In this document: in pieces, positions 1 through 9,087 of the stretch | How positions within the stretch are numbered: the stretch's first letter is position 1 | How the letters are laid out: every line of letters starts with the position of its first letter | Position numbers and translations under genes: made by a program | Notes under the pieces: model-generated | Seen by the model: the letters and a program-made list of their open reading frames with translations, nothing else | What the model was told of the DNA's origin: nothing | Databases searched by the model: none | DNA from: Patescibacteria group bacterium | Lineage (GTDB): Bacteria > Patescibacteriota > Minisyncoccia > UBA6257 > HR35 | NCBI GenBank assembly: GCA_030549845.1 | Contig: JAUQQN010000003.1 | Coordinates: 17,131-44,437 of the forward strand | Direction of reading: 5' to 3' | DNA length: 27,307 bases

Positions 1-3000
1 AAATATATCAGAGTTTCCATCTATCCTTGTCTCGCCCGTAATTATAAACCCATCAGGAAGCTCAACTGCAGATCTTATAAAATCTTCCTTTGAAGTACCT
101 ATTGATTTTGCCCATTCTATATTTCCGATGGAATCAATTTTAATAATTATTCCATTAGCTGGGTCGCTAGAATCATTTGTAAAGGATTCTGTTTTACCTA
201 CTATTAAATACCCTCCATCTGAAGTAAGATAAATATAAGCAGGCCAATCATCTTTAGATCCGCCTAATGTTTTAAGCCAAGAAAGACAATACCCTAAGGT
301 TGTGTAGTTTTTTTGTCCTTCGCCTAAGATATTAGATGCAGAAATACTGTATTGATATAAAGTACCTGGGTTGATGGAGGTATCAGAATAACTAAAAGTA
401 GAAGATGATAAAGTAGCTATTTTACCTACATCTGTTCTATATAAGTTATATTGAAGAATTGGAAAACCACCGTTAGAAAGAGGTTCCTTCCACTTCAAAT
501 CTATTCTGTCCTTAAATGCTTGACCCACAAAGTCCTGAGGAGCACTAGGAACTGTTCCTGGGGTTGAAGAAGTTATATTAGATGGATCTGACTCTTCGCA
601 ACTAGTTCCTTTTGCAGTTACATAATAATAATACTTTTGACCATTAATTAAATTTGTGTGAGTAAAAGTTACTGTTGGATGAACAGTTGTAGCTACTTTT
701 GAATAATTAGAATTATTTGTTGAGCTGTATACAAAATAGTAATCTCCGTTACCTAAAGAAGGGGATCCAGACCAATTTAAGGTTATTTTCCTATCAGAAG
801 GAGTAGCTTGTAAGTTAGAAGGAGGGCTACATTTGCTTAAACCGATTCTAGCTGATACCCTGTTGCTTTCATCGCTTTCTCCGAAAGAATTTTGAGCTTT
901 TACATAATAAGTATAAGTATAGGTAGAGGTTACATTGGTATCAGTATATGTTAAAGTAGAAGGGCTAGTAGATGCTATTAAATTAAAATTAGTACCATCG
1001 GTTGATCTATAGATATTGTATCTTATTAGTGAAGCACATGAAGCATCTGAAGGTGCTTGCCAATTTAATATTATGCTATTTAAAGTAGATGAGGCTGATA
1101 ATTTTTGTGGTGGACTTGATGTTCCAAAAGGAGTAGTGGAAGCTATATTGCTTGGAGCACTTTTACCATTTTCATTTATTGCTTCAACATAGTAATTATA
1201 TGTATTACATATATTCAAATTTGTGTGAGTAAAAGTATTTGTAGAAATTAAATTAGTTGTCAATTGTTTCCAATTATTTTCATTGCTTAATTTCCAATAA
1301 ACATTGTATCCTTGAATAGGACTTCCTCCATCATCAGTAACATTCCAACTTAAAGTTATTTGCTTATTACCTGGTGTAGCAGAAAGAGATGGTGGAGTTG
1401 GAGTTGTTGAAGGTATACCACAAGCAGGACTAGATAACGGACCTTCTCCTGCTATATTTACTGCACTTACAGCATAACAATATCTTGTCCCATTAGCTAA
1501 ATCTGAATCTAGATAAGTAGTTGAAGAAGTGGAAGCAAGAAAATCGGATTGAGTAGGGGTAGCATTTACTTTTCTGTAAATCTTATAGAAAGAAATAGAA
1601 GCACCACCTAAATCATTGGGCTCATTCCATAAAAGTTGTAGTTTTTGCGAGCCTGCTTTTTCTACTTTAAGATCTTGGGGAGCTGTAGGTGGTCCTATTA
1701 CAGCTATATTTATTTTTACTACTGTATATTGTCTATAAGGATCATTACTTTTTATTATATATTTACAATAAAAGATATCTTTTGCAGTTAAATTTGTGGC
1801 ATCAACTGTAATTGCAACTGTACTAGAAGCTCCTGGAGGAATTATAGGAGAGGGTTGAGTAGCTATTACAAAATTCTTACAGCTTGAAGTCGATTCTTCT
1901 AAATAAAACTTAATTTCTTCTATATTTAAATTTGAAGAGCCTCTATTGTATATGACAAATGACTTCGTACTTGATGCACCTTTTATAGTTTGGATACTTA
2001 GTTCTCTAGGGTTGACAGATATTCTAGGGTTTTCTAATATATTGCAAGTAACTTCTATTTTTGCAGGATTATTTTCAACATCATTATTCCAAAGTTCTAG
2101 GGTAGTAGTAACTGTAGATGAAGTATAAACACCAACACCATTACATGTTACAGCCAAAGTATCAAAACCTGAAGGAAGTATGCGAAGGTATTTTTTGTCA
2201 ACATAAATTTTACCAGTTTTATTAATATCGATGATATTATAAATAACTAGCGTGCTGCTTCCTGTATTAGTTATGGCAATTTTTGAAGAAGAGGAATTAT
2301 TTGTCAAAGTATTTATAGTAAGATTAGTATTACTCAGATTTATTTTGGGCTTTAGACCGGTCACTCTTTCTGATCCATAAATTTCTGAAGGTAATAATGT
2401 CAAAATGCTTCCTGTTTCAAATATGTTTTGATCATCGCCTCCATCGGTAGAAACTTTGTCTTCAACTCCTTCTTTTTTAAATTTATTACACTCTAAATTA
2501 GCATTAAGTTCAAAGCCCTTTGTTTTTCTATGAAATACATACGAATAAAACATACGCTGAGAAAAAGAGTTTATTGGATCTACAGGTAATTCATGGATTG
2601 GAAGGTTTCTAAATGTCGTTAAATTTATTGGTAACCAACCTGAGCCATCTAATTTTCTCATATTGTCTTTATTTACACCTTTTATGAGCCAATTTTTACC
2701 ATTTATTACCGTAGCAGAAGGGTAGCTTTCTATATCTCTAGGTACTGAAATATAAACAGTCGAACTTGCTTCATCTACTCCTGTAAAATCAAAAAATGGT
2801 CCATCTAAATCTGCAATCGCGGGATTTTCATTTATATAATGAGTAGTTATAGAATTTAGAGTAGTTAAATCTTTTATTCTTTGAGAATCTCTTGAGCACC
2901 TAAAAAGTTCTGCTGGTTTGATTAATGTAATTAAAAGTCCTCCTATTATTGCAATTGCACCTAGTACTGTAAGGATTTCTATTAAAGTAAAGCCTTTAAT

Positions 3001-3009
3001 GTTATTCAT
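1..3009 (-). CDS. Giant type IV pilin-like surface protein, partial. The C-terminus lies beyond nt 1 (>=1003 aa). Domains: prepilin signal + pilin head, 2 Ig-like domains, 5 FN3 modules, beta-propeller-like repeats.
   Basis: Absent from the supplied ORF track (no in-window stop). Hand translation of the minus strand from ATG 3009..3007 stayed open in every segment I checked, down to nt 1. N-terminus MNNIKGFTLIEILTVLGAIAIIGGLLITLIKPAELFRCSRDSQRIKDL is a class III (prepilin) signal with G-1/F+1/E+5. Pilin-head-like motifs: GSGWLPINL..LPVDPIN..DGGDDQNIFETGS. FN3 consensus example: PQDLKVEKAGSQKLQLLWNEP..FYKIYRK..RYCYAVSAVNIAGEG. The in-window end reads WLKTLGGSKDDW..TSDGGYLIVGKTESF..IEWAKSIGTSKEDF..LPDGFIITGET. 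Confidence 0.85.
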   Translation of the reverse strand, partial: MNNIKGFTLIEILTVLGAIAIIGGLLITLIKPAELFRCSRDSQRIKDLTTLNSITTHYINENPAIADLDGPFFDFTGVDEASSTVYISVPRDIESYPSATVINGKNWLIKGVNKDNMRKLDGSGWLPINLTTFRNLPIHELPVDPINSFSQRMFYSYVFHRKTKGFELNANLECNKFKKEGVEDKVSTDGGDDQNIFETGSILTLLPSEIYGSERVTGLKPKINLSNTNLTINTLTNNSSSSKIAITNTGSSTLVIYNIIDINKTGKIYVDKKYLRILPSGFDTLAVTCNGVGVYTSSTVTTTLELWNNDVENNPAKIEVTCNILENPRISVNPRELSIQTIKGASSTKSFVIYNRGSSNLNIEEIKFYLEESTSSCKNFVIATQPSPIIPPGASSTVAITVDATNLTAKDIFYCKYIIKSNDPYRQYTVVKINIAVIGPPTAPQDLKVEKAGSQKLQLLWNEPNDLGGASISFYKIYRKVNATPTQSDFLASTSSTTYLDSDLANGTRYCYAVSAVNIAGEGPLSSPACGIPSTTPTPPSLSATPGNKQITLSWNVTDDGGSPIQGYNVYWKLSNENNWKQLTTNLISTNTFTHTNLNICNTYNYYVEAINENGKSAPSNIASTTPFGTSSPPQKLSASSTLNSIILNWQAPSDASCASLIRYNIYRSTDGTNFNLIASTSPSTLTYTDTNVTSTYTYTYYVKAQNSFGESDESNRVSARIGLSKCSPPSNLQATPSDRKITLNWSGSPSLGNGDYYFVYSSTNNSNYSKVATTVHPTVTFTHTNLINGQKYYYYVTAKGTSCEESDPSNITSSTPGTVPSAPQDFVGQAFKDRIDLKWKEPLSNGGFPILQYNLYRTDVGKIATLSSSTFSYSDTSINPGTLYQYSISASNILGEGQKNYTTLGYCLSWLKTLGGSKDDWPAYIYLTSDGGYLIVGKTESFTNDSSDPANGIIIKIDSIGNIEWAKSIGTSKEDFIRSAVELPDGFIITGETRIDGNSDIF
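307..1692 (-). repeat. Five tandem FN3-encoding modules (~92 aa each) inside the pilin-like ORF
   Basis: Each module starts with a P-P/S-x-P/L motif, has the W of an LxW strand, a Y-x-(I/V)-Y-R/K motif and a YxYxV..N..GES/GEG end. Approximate module starts on the minus strand: 1692, 1395, 1115, 825, 555. An exact 20-nt repeat (650..669 = 1217..1236) links modules 2 and 4. Confidence 0.7.
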
Positions 3010-3084
3010 TATTTTATTTTTTGTAAACAATATTATAATAATTATAAGAACCAAAATAAACAAAAATAAGGAGTTGGTGGATAA

Positions 3085-3156
3085 GCTCCCATCGTCTAAG
3101 GGCTAGGACACTGCCTTCTCAGGGCAGAAATGCGGGTTCGAATCCCGCTGGGAGCA
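3085..3156 (+). tRNA. tRNA-Glu (anticodon CUC), no encoded CCA
   Basis: Cloverleaf folded by hand, 72 nt. Acceptor GCTCCCA/TGGGAGC, D arm GTCT..GGAC, anticodon stem CTGCC/GGCAG with loop TTCTCAG, 4-nt variable loop, T arm GCGGG-TTCGAAT-CCCGC, discriminator A. Confidence 0.9.
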
Positions 3157-3166
3157 ATCAAGATTT

Positions 3167-3451
3167 TTACAATTTTTCATACTTTTCCTTACATTTTGGA
3201 CAACCTCCAGTATATTCTCCTATCCCGAATAAATGTTGTCTCATTTTATTAAATTCTTCAGGTGTAATATCTGCGGGAACTTCACCTGCACTCTCATACC
3301 CCTTTAAAATTTCCAAAGCAGTATCTGTTAGGTGACTTTCTCCATTTTCTTCCTTCCAATACTCTGTCTTTTTATAAATTTCTTTTTTCCCATTTGAGCT
3401 ATTTTCTATCTTTCTTTTTGACATATCTGGATTAAATTTTCTAAAATCCAT
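3167..3451 (-). CDS. Hypothetical small protein (94 aa), lysine/glutamate-rich, single C-terminal CPKC
   Basis: ORF track only. It fills the gap between tRNA-Glu and metG and has no competing ORF. I recognise no family motif. Confidence 0.5.
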   Translation of the reverse strand: MDFRKFNPDMSKRKIENSSNGKKEIYKKTEYWKEENGESHLTDTALEILKGYESAGEVPADITPEEFNKMRQHLFGIGEYTGGCPKCKEKYEKL

Positions 3452-3519
3452 TTTTTGTAAAATCTTAAACCTGATATTAATTTGCTCAATTATCTTATAT
3501 AATTAATTATCTATCCAAA

Positions 3520-4959
3520 ATGAGAAATTTTATAACAACATCAATCCCTTATGTCAATGATAGTCCTCACATTGGGCATCTTTATGAATTTATTTTAGCA
3601 GATATTTTTGCAAGATATAAAAGATTATTGGAAGAAGATGTATTTTTTCAATCAGGCACTGATGAAAACGGTATGAAAATGGTCAAATCAGCAGAAGAAA
3701 AAGGTAGAAATGTTAAGGAGTTTGTTGATGAAAAATTTAAAGAGTTCTATGAGCTGAAGGAAAAATTTAATTTAAGCTTCGATAAATTTATAAGAACAAC
3801 CTCAAAAGAGCATAAAGAAGGAGTGTATAAATTCTGGAATCTTTGTAAAGAAGATATTTATGTAGGTGAATATAAGGGATATTATTGCATAAGTTGTGAA
3901 AGCTATTATGAACCAACAGAGGTTCCTGATTTAATTTGCCCTATACACAAAAAGAAATTAGAAAAATTTGAAGAAAAAAATTATTTCTTTAAACTAACAA
4001 AATACTTAAACAAAGTTAAAGAATTAATAGAAAAAGACAAAATCAAAATCTATCCAGAAGAAAAGAAAATAGAAATTTTAAATATTTTGCGAGAAGGTAA
4101 ACTAAAAGACTTAAGCATTTCAAGAGACATCAAAAGAAGCAAAGGATGGGGAATTCCTGTGCCTAAAGATAATTCTCAAGTAATATATGTTTGGTTTGAT
4201 GCTCTTTTAAATTATCTCACTGGATTAGGATTTGGTAGTAAAGATGAAAGTTTGTTTAAAAAATTTTGGGAAAGAGGATTAGTTTATCATTTCATAGGCA
4301 AAGACATAGTAAAATTTCACGCAATTTATTGGCCAGCAATGCTTCTTTCAGCAAAAATAAAAGTTCCAGAAAATATAATTGTTCATTATCATATTACGAT
4401 TGAAGGCGAAAAAATGTCTAAAACTTTAGGAAATGTAGTTTCTCCTGATGATTTTTTAGCAAATTATCATTATGAAGCTGTGAGGTTTTATTTAGCTCAT
4501 CAGCCTTTATTTAGTGATTGGGACTTTTCTTGGCAGAATTTTGATTCTTTTTATCAAGGAGTTTTAAAAAAAGATTTAGCAAATCTGATTTTGAGAATAT
4601 TTGGAATTTTAAAAAATATTGATTTAGATGAAATCGATTTTGATAAAACAAAAGAAGATTTAGAATTTCAAAGATATTTCAAAAAATTTAAAAACTATAT
4701 GGAAAGTTTTGAATTCAATTTAGCTTATCAAAATTATTTAGATTTAATAAGAAAATTAAACCAATTTATTGATCATAAAAAAATATGGGAAAGTAAACAA
4801 GAAGAGCACATTAAAGTTATCACTAAAGGATTATTAGAAATCTTAAAAGCTTATGAACCCATTTTGCCAGAGACAATAAATTTAATTAAGAATAAAATTG
4901 AAATTAAAGACAGTAAATTTATCAACAAAAAAATTACCTTCCCTCCTTTTTACAAATAA
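3520..4959 (+). CDS. metG: Methionine--tRNA ligase (short form, no C-terminal tRNA-binding appendix)
   Basis: HIGH motif (SPHIGHLYEF), KMSKS motif (KMSKTLGN), zinc-knuckle-like CISC..CPIH insertion, VWFDAL motif. Confidence 0.93.
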   Translation: MRNFITTSIPYVNDSPHIGHLYEFILADIFARYKRLLEEDVFFQSGTDENGMKMVKSAEEKGRNVKEFVDEKFKEFYELKEKFNLSFDKFIRTTSKEHKEGVYKFWNLCKEDIYVGEYKGYYCISCESYYEPTEVPDLICPIHKKKLEKFEEKNYFFKLTKYLNKVKELIEKDKIKIYPEEKKIEILNILREGKLKDLSISRDIKRSKGWGIPVPKDNSQVIYVWFDALLNYLTGLGFGSKDESLFKKFWERGLVYHFIGKDIVKFHAIYWPAMLLSAKIKVPENIIVHYHITIEGEKMSKTLGNVVSPDDFLANYHYEAVRFYLAHQPLFSDWDFSWQNFDSFYQGVLKKDLANLILRIFGILKNIDLDEIDFDKTKEDLEFQRYFKKFKNYMESFEFNLAYQNYLDLIRKLNQFIDHKKIWESKQEEHIKVITKGLLEILKAYEPILPETINLIKNKIEIKDSKFINKKITFPPFYK

Positions 4960-5030
4960 ATTTGAGGTTAGTAGGCTAAATATAGTTAGTGCTTTTTATT
5001 ATTGTATATTCTCTCAAAATTTAAATAGTA

Positions 5031-6380
5031 TTATATTTCTCTAAGATTAAGTTCAGCAAAAAATTTCCAAATATCTCCTGCACCCATTATGATACAGATA
5101 TCTCCTTTTTTGAGATTTGCTTCTAAAAATTTTTTAATCTCATTAAAATCTTTAATATAAAATTTATTTTGTGGTTTTTTAATTGCTTTTAATAAAATTT
5201 CAGAATTAACCTTTTTCTTTATTGACTCTTTTTCCCTACCTGCAACCGAATAAATATCAGTCAAAATAAGAACATCGGCTAAATCGAAAGCTGTTTTAAA
5301 TTTATCAAAAAGAAGCAGTGTTCGATAATATTGATGAGGTTGAAAAACTAAATACAATTTACCAGATTTATTTAAAATCTCACGAGCAGCTTGTAGTGTT
5401 GCCTTGATTTCTGTAGGGTGATGGCCATAATCATCAAAAATTTTGGCACCATTTAAATATCCCTTAAATTCCAATCTTCTCCAGATTCCTTTAAATTCAT
5501 AAAGAGCCTTGAAAATTTTTTTGTCGTCTAAATTAAATATTTTTCCTACTTTATATGCTGCTAAAGAATTACTAACATTATGAATTCCTGGGATTGATAA
5601 TTTGAGCTTTTTGGGTTTTTCTTTTAAGGAATAAAAAATTTTTTTAACATTTTTAATTTTCAGGTTTTTAGCAAGAACATAAGCAGTTTTATTATCTCTA
5701 TTTACTATTAAAAATTTCCCAAGATTTGAAAAACTTCCTTTATATTTTTTCTTCTTGTTTAATCTATGGATAAATTTTTCAAAAGCTCTTAGGATATTTT
5801 TAAGATTTTTATAGTAATCCAAATGTTCCTCTTCGATATTAGTGATGATTAGAATATCAGGATAATGATTTAAAAACCCTCCTTTGTATTCATCAGCTTC
5901 AATTATTAAAATTTCACCCTTACCATAACGAAAATTACTCGGTTTCCCGTCTGGCCCGAAGCCGTTTACTTTGCTCCCAATGATTACTAAAGGATCTAGA
6001 TTAGCTTCAATTAGAAGGTTAGCAATCATCGCAGTTGTTGTGCTTTTACCATGCATTCCGCTAACAGCAATAGTAAAATATTTTTTCGTAAGTTCACCTA
6101 AGGCCTTGGGGTAAGAATAAGTTTTAATATTTAATTTTTTAGCCTTTAAGAGCTCAGGGTTATCTTTAGTAATAGCATTTGTATAAATTACTAAATCAAC
6201 ATTATTTTTTAAATTGTCAGCTTTATGACCTAAGTAAAATTTAATTTTTGAAAGTTCTTCATCAGAAAAAACATTGGGGTAACTTAAATCACTTCCGGAA
6301 ATTTCATGACCTTCATAAAGATAATATTTAGCTAAAGCACTAATTCCTATTCCTCCTATTCCTATGAAATGAATTTTCAT
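5031..6380 (-). CDS. murC: UDP-N-acetylmuramate--L-alanine ligase
   Basis: N-terminus MKIHFIGIGGIGISALAKYYLYEGHEISGSD is the MurC Rossmann signature. Mur ligase P-loop GMHGKSTTTAMIA. DDYGHHPTEI motif. Confidence 0.93.
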   Translation of the reverse strand: MKIHFIGIGGIGISALAKYYLYEGHEISGSDLSYPNVFSDEELSKIKFYLGHKADNLKNNVDLVIYTNAITKDNPELLKAKKLNIKTYSYPKALGELTKKYFTIAVSGMHGKSTTTAMIANLLIEANLDPLVIIGSKVNGFGPDGKPSNFRYGKGEILIIEADEYKGGFLNHYPDILIITNIEEEHLDYYKNLKNILRAFEKFIHRLNKKKKYKGSFSNLGKFLIVNRDNKTAYVLAKNLKIKNVKKIFYSLKEKPKKLKLSIPGIHNVSNSLAAYKVGKIFNLDDKKIFKALYEFKGIWRRLEFKGYLNGAKIFDDYGHHPTEIKATLQAAREILNKSGKLYLVFQPHQYYRTLLLFDKFKTAFDLADVLILTDIYSVAGREKESIKKKVNSEILLKAIKKPQNKFYIKDFNEIKKFLEANLKKGDICIIMGAGDIWKFFAELNLREI

Positions 6381-6390
6381 TTTTAAACCA

Positions 6391-7167
6391 ATGAAGTTAA
6401 AATTTAATAAAATGGGGTGGAGATTTCGAAAAAGACTTTTTTATATTTCATTTATCATCTTAATTATCTTAATTATCTTTGGGCCTAAGTTATATAAAAT
6501 TATATTTTATCCTTCTTGCTATAACAATAGACAGGACCCAAATGAAGAGGGCATTGATTGTGGCGGACCTTGTATTCCTTGTTCTGTAAAAGAATTAAAA
6601 GACATAATTATTCAAACACCTGAACCCACAATTTTGGTATACCCAGATGAGACTATGGATTTGATAGGCATAATTAAAAACCCAAACGAAAATTATGGTT
6701 TAAAGTACATTGAATATAAGTTTATATTATACGGAGGAAACAGAGAAAAATTTGAAAAAGAGGGGAAAACCTATATATTGCCTTTAGAAAGTAAATACAT
6801 TATAGAAAGCGGACTCCAAGTTCCTCAATTTGAAATTATCAAAAAGGAATTTAAGGTATTTTATAAAAAAGAAGATTGGCAAAAATTAGAAACAGAATTG
6901 CCGAAAATTACTTTATTGAATTATGAAATAAAAGACAAAGAATTTGATGCTGAGATAATCAACGAAAATTTAATAGACTACCCTTCTGTTGGTTTAATTT
7001 TTATTTTTAAAGATGAATATGAAGAGATTCTAGGGACTTTCAAAACAATTGCTTATGATCTTAAGGCTGGGGAAAGAAGAAAAATTTCTTATTATAATTT
7101 GCCACCGCTTTTAGGGAAACCTTATAAAGTAATTTTGTATCCAGAGGTGAACATTTTTGAATTATGA
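6391..7167 (+). CDS. Hypothetical bitopic membrane protein with an extracytoplasmic 4-Cys motif (C-x13-C-x3-C-x2-C)
   Basis: N-terminal TM helix LFYISFIILIILIIFG, then CYNNRQDPNEEGIDCGGPCIPC and a beta-rich remainder. Its stop overlaps the SEDS gene start (ATGA at 7164..7167). Confidence 0.7.
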   Translation: MKLKFNKMGWRFRKRLFYISFIILIILIIFGPKLYKIIFYPSCYNNRQDPNEEGIDCGGPCIPCSVKELKDIIIQTPEPTILVYPDETMDLIGIIKNPNENYGLKYIEYKFILYGGNREKFEKEGKTYILPLESKYIIESGLQVPQFEIIKKEFKVFYKKEDWQKLETELPKITLLNYEIKDKEFDAEIINENLIDYPSVGLIFIFKDEYEEILGTFKTIAYDLKAGERRKISYYNLPPLLGKPYKVILYPEVNIFEL

Positions 7168-8213
7168 AATTAAATTATAAAATTTTGCTAATTTTAACTT
7201 TATTAATGCTAATCTCTCTTAATACACTTTTTTCTATAGGAAAAATTGAATATTTTTATAGAAATTTATTGTTTTGGATTATTTCTTTTTTAATAATCTT
7301 TTCTTCACTAATATTAAAATATGATGCTTTACTTAAAACAAACTTGTTTTATTTATTTTACATCTTAAGCTTATTAGCTTTAATTTCAACGTTTCTTGTA
7401 CCATCAAGAGAAAGAATATGGATTCAAATAGGTTCTTTTAATTTTCAACCCAGTGAGTTTGCAAGAATTATTTTCATCATAACATTGGCTATATTTATTA
7501 GCAAGTATTACCACCTTTTAAATAACAATTTTTATCTTTTTTTAAGTTTTTTAGTGATATTGCCTTTTCTTTTTATTATATTTTTGCAGCCTGATTTAGG
7601 TATGTTCTTAATTTATTTTTTAACCTGGCTTATAAGTGTATCATTTTTTCTTTCTCCCTCAAAGATTTTTAAATTAGGATTTTTGATAATAGTTTTTATT
7701 TCATTAATTTGGTTTTTTGGATTAAAAGATTACCAAAAAGAGAGGATTTTAAATTTCATAAATCCTTATAGAGATCCCTTAAAAAGTGGTTATAACTTGA
7801 TTCAATTAAGAATCACTTTGGGCTCAGCAGGACTTTTAGGAAAAGGACCCGGGCAAAATACTCAAGCAAGACTAGGATTTTTACCCTCTTCTCATACAGA
7901 TTTTATTCTAGCAAGTTTTATTGAAGAAAGAGGAGTTGTTGGTTTAGCTCTTTATATTTTTTTAATATTATTTTTGCTTTCAGTTTTATATAAAGAAAAT
8001 AAGTTTATAAAAGACCCGCTTGCAATTGTGTTTACAAATATACTAATCATCCATTTAACTATTAGGTTCTTGATTACTGTAGGAATAAATTTATCAATAT
8101 TTCCAATAATTGGATTAGCTGTTCCATTTTTAAGTTATGGAGGATCACATCTCATTTCTGATGCTATTTTAATTGCTATATGGCATTCTCTAAGATACAA
8201 AGAAATAGTTTAA
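7164..8213 (+). CDS. SEDS family peptidoglycan glycosyltransferase (FtsW/RodA/SpoVE)
   Basis: Polytopic membrane protein with family motifs FQPSEFARI, LQPDLGM, SHTDFILASFIEERG and PFLSYGGSHL. I cannot distinguish FtsW from RodA by eye. Confidence 0.9.
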   Translation: MKLNYKILLILTLLMLISLNTLFSIGKIEYFYRNLLFWIISFLIIFSSLILKYDALLKTNLFYLFYILSLLALISTFLVPSRERIWIQIGSFNFQPSEFARIIFIITLAIFISKYYHLLNNNFYLFLSFLVILPFLFIIFLQPDLGMFLIYFLTWLISVSFFLSPSKIFKLGFLIIVFISLIWFFGLKDYQKERILNFINPYRDPLKSGYNLIQLRITLGSAGLLGKGPGQNTQARLGFLPSSHTDFILASFIEERGVVGLALYIFLILFLLSVLYKENKFIKDPLAIVFTNILIIHLTIRFLITVGINLSIFPIIGLAVPFLSYGGSHLISDAILIAIWHSLRYKEIV

Positions 8214-8226
8214 AATTTAATAAGTT

Positions 8227-9069
8227 ATGAGAAAAAATATTTTTTATTTAAATGGTCGATTTGTACCTGAAGATAAGGCATTAATATCAGTTTATGATTT
8301 AGGTCTTTTACGTGGTTATGCTGTTTTTGATTTTTTAAGAACTTATAATTTTAAACCTTTCTATCTAAAAGAGCATTTAAAAAGATTATTAAATTCAGCA
8401 AAAATTATCGGGCTTAAACATAATTACACTATAGATAATCTTGAAAAAATTGTTATTAAAACACTAAGTAAAAATAAACATTTAAAAGAAGCCGGGATCA
8501 GAATAATATTAACAGGAGGTTATTCAAAGGATTTTATTACTCCTTCTAAGCCAAATTTGATTGTTATGATAACTCCAATAAAATCTTTACCCAAAAGTTT
8601 ATATAGATATGGAGCTAGCTTAATAACTAAAATTTATGAAAGAATTGATCCAGGGGCAAAAACAATAATCTACACTGATGCTGTAAGATTTTTAGAAGAA
8701 GCAAAAGGAAAGGGGGCTATAGAAGTTTTATTAATAAGCAAAGATAATGAGGTTTTAGAATGCACAACTTCAAACTTCTTTATCGCAAAAGAAAATGCAG
8801 TGATTACACCAACCACCGATAAAATTTTAGAAGGAATTACAAGAAAAGTCGTTATTGATTTATGCAAAAAAAATAATATTAAGATTATTGAAAGAAAGAT
8901 TTATTACGAGGAATTAAAAGAAGCAACTGAAGCTTTTATAACAGCATCAAATAAGGAAATTTTACCGATTGTTAAAATAGATAAAATAAAAATAGGCGAT
9001 GGAAAGGTTGGGCAGCTTACTAAATTTTTGATTAAAAAATTTCAAGAACTTACAAAAACATGGTCGTAA
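8227..9069 (+). CDS. Class IV (fold type IV) aminotransferase: D-amino-acid or branched-chain aminotransferase
   Basis: YLNGRFVPEDKALISVYDLGLLRGYAVFDFLRTY and EGITR motifs typical of the IlvE/Dat family. The peptidoglycan gene neighbourhood favours a D-Ala/D-Glu transaminase role (inference). Confidence 0.8.
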   Translation: MRKNIFYLNGRFVPEDKALISVYDLGLLRGYAVFDFLRTYNFKPFYLKEHLKRLLNSAKIIGLKHNYTIDNLEKIVIKTLSKNKHLKEAGIRIILTGGYSKDFITPSKPNLIVMITPIKSLPKSLYRYGASLITKIYERIDPGAKTIIYTDAVRFLEEAKGKGAIEVLLISKDNEVLECTTSNFFIAKENAVITPTTDKILEGITRKVVIDLCKKNNIKIIERKIYYEELKEATEAFITASNKEILPIVKIDKIKIGDGKVGQLTKFLIKKFQELTKTWS

Positions 9070-9087
9070 TTAAATTTAAAAGATTTG

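Noticed and set aside
1946-2128. 60-aa plus-strand ORF from the track
   Set aside because: It lies entirely antisense within the long open pilin-like reading frame. It has a low-complexity composition and no motif. The minus-strand frame has clear domain content.
2918-3106. 62-aa plus-strand ORF from the track
   Set aside because: It is antisense to the pilin signal peptide and runs into tRNA-Glu. Its sequence is an Ile/Asn/Lys-rich translation of AT-rich DNA.
3452-3519. T-box or other leader upstream of metG
   Set aside because: Only 68 nt are available and they are shared with a divergent gene. That is too short for a T-box, and no specifier or antiterminator-like structure is visible.
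4960-5030. Intrinsic terminator between the convergent metG and murC
   Set aside because: I could not find a convincing GC-containing stem followed by a T-tract. There is only a short direct GTTAGT repeat and a TTTTT run.
8670-8867. 65-aa minus-strand ORF
   Set aside because: It is antisense inside the class IV aminotransferase gene, which has strong family motifs.
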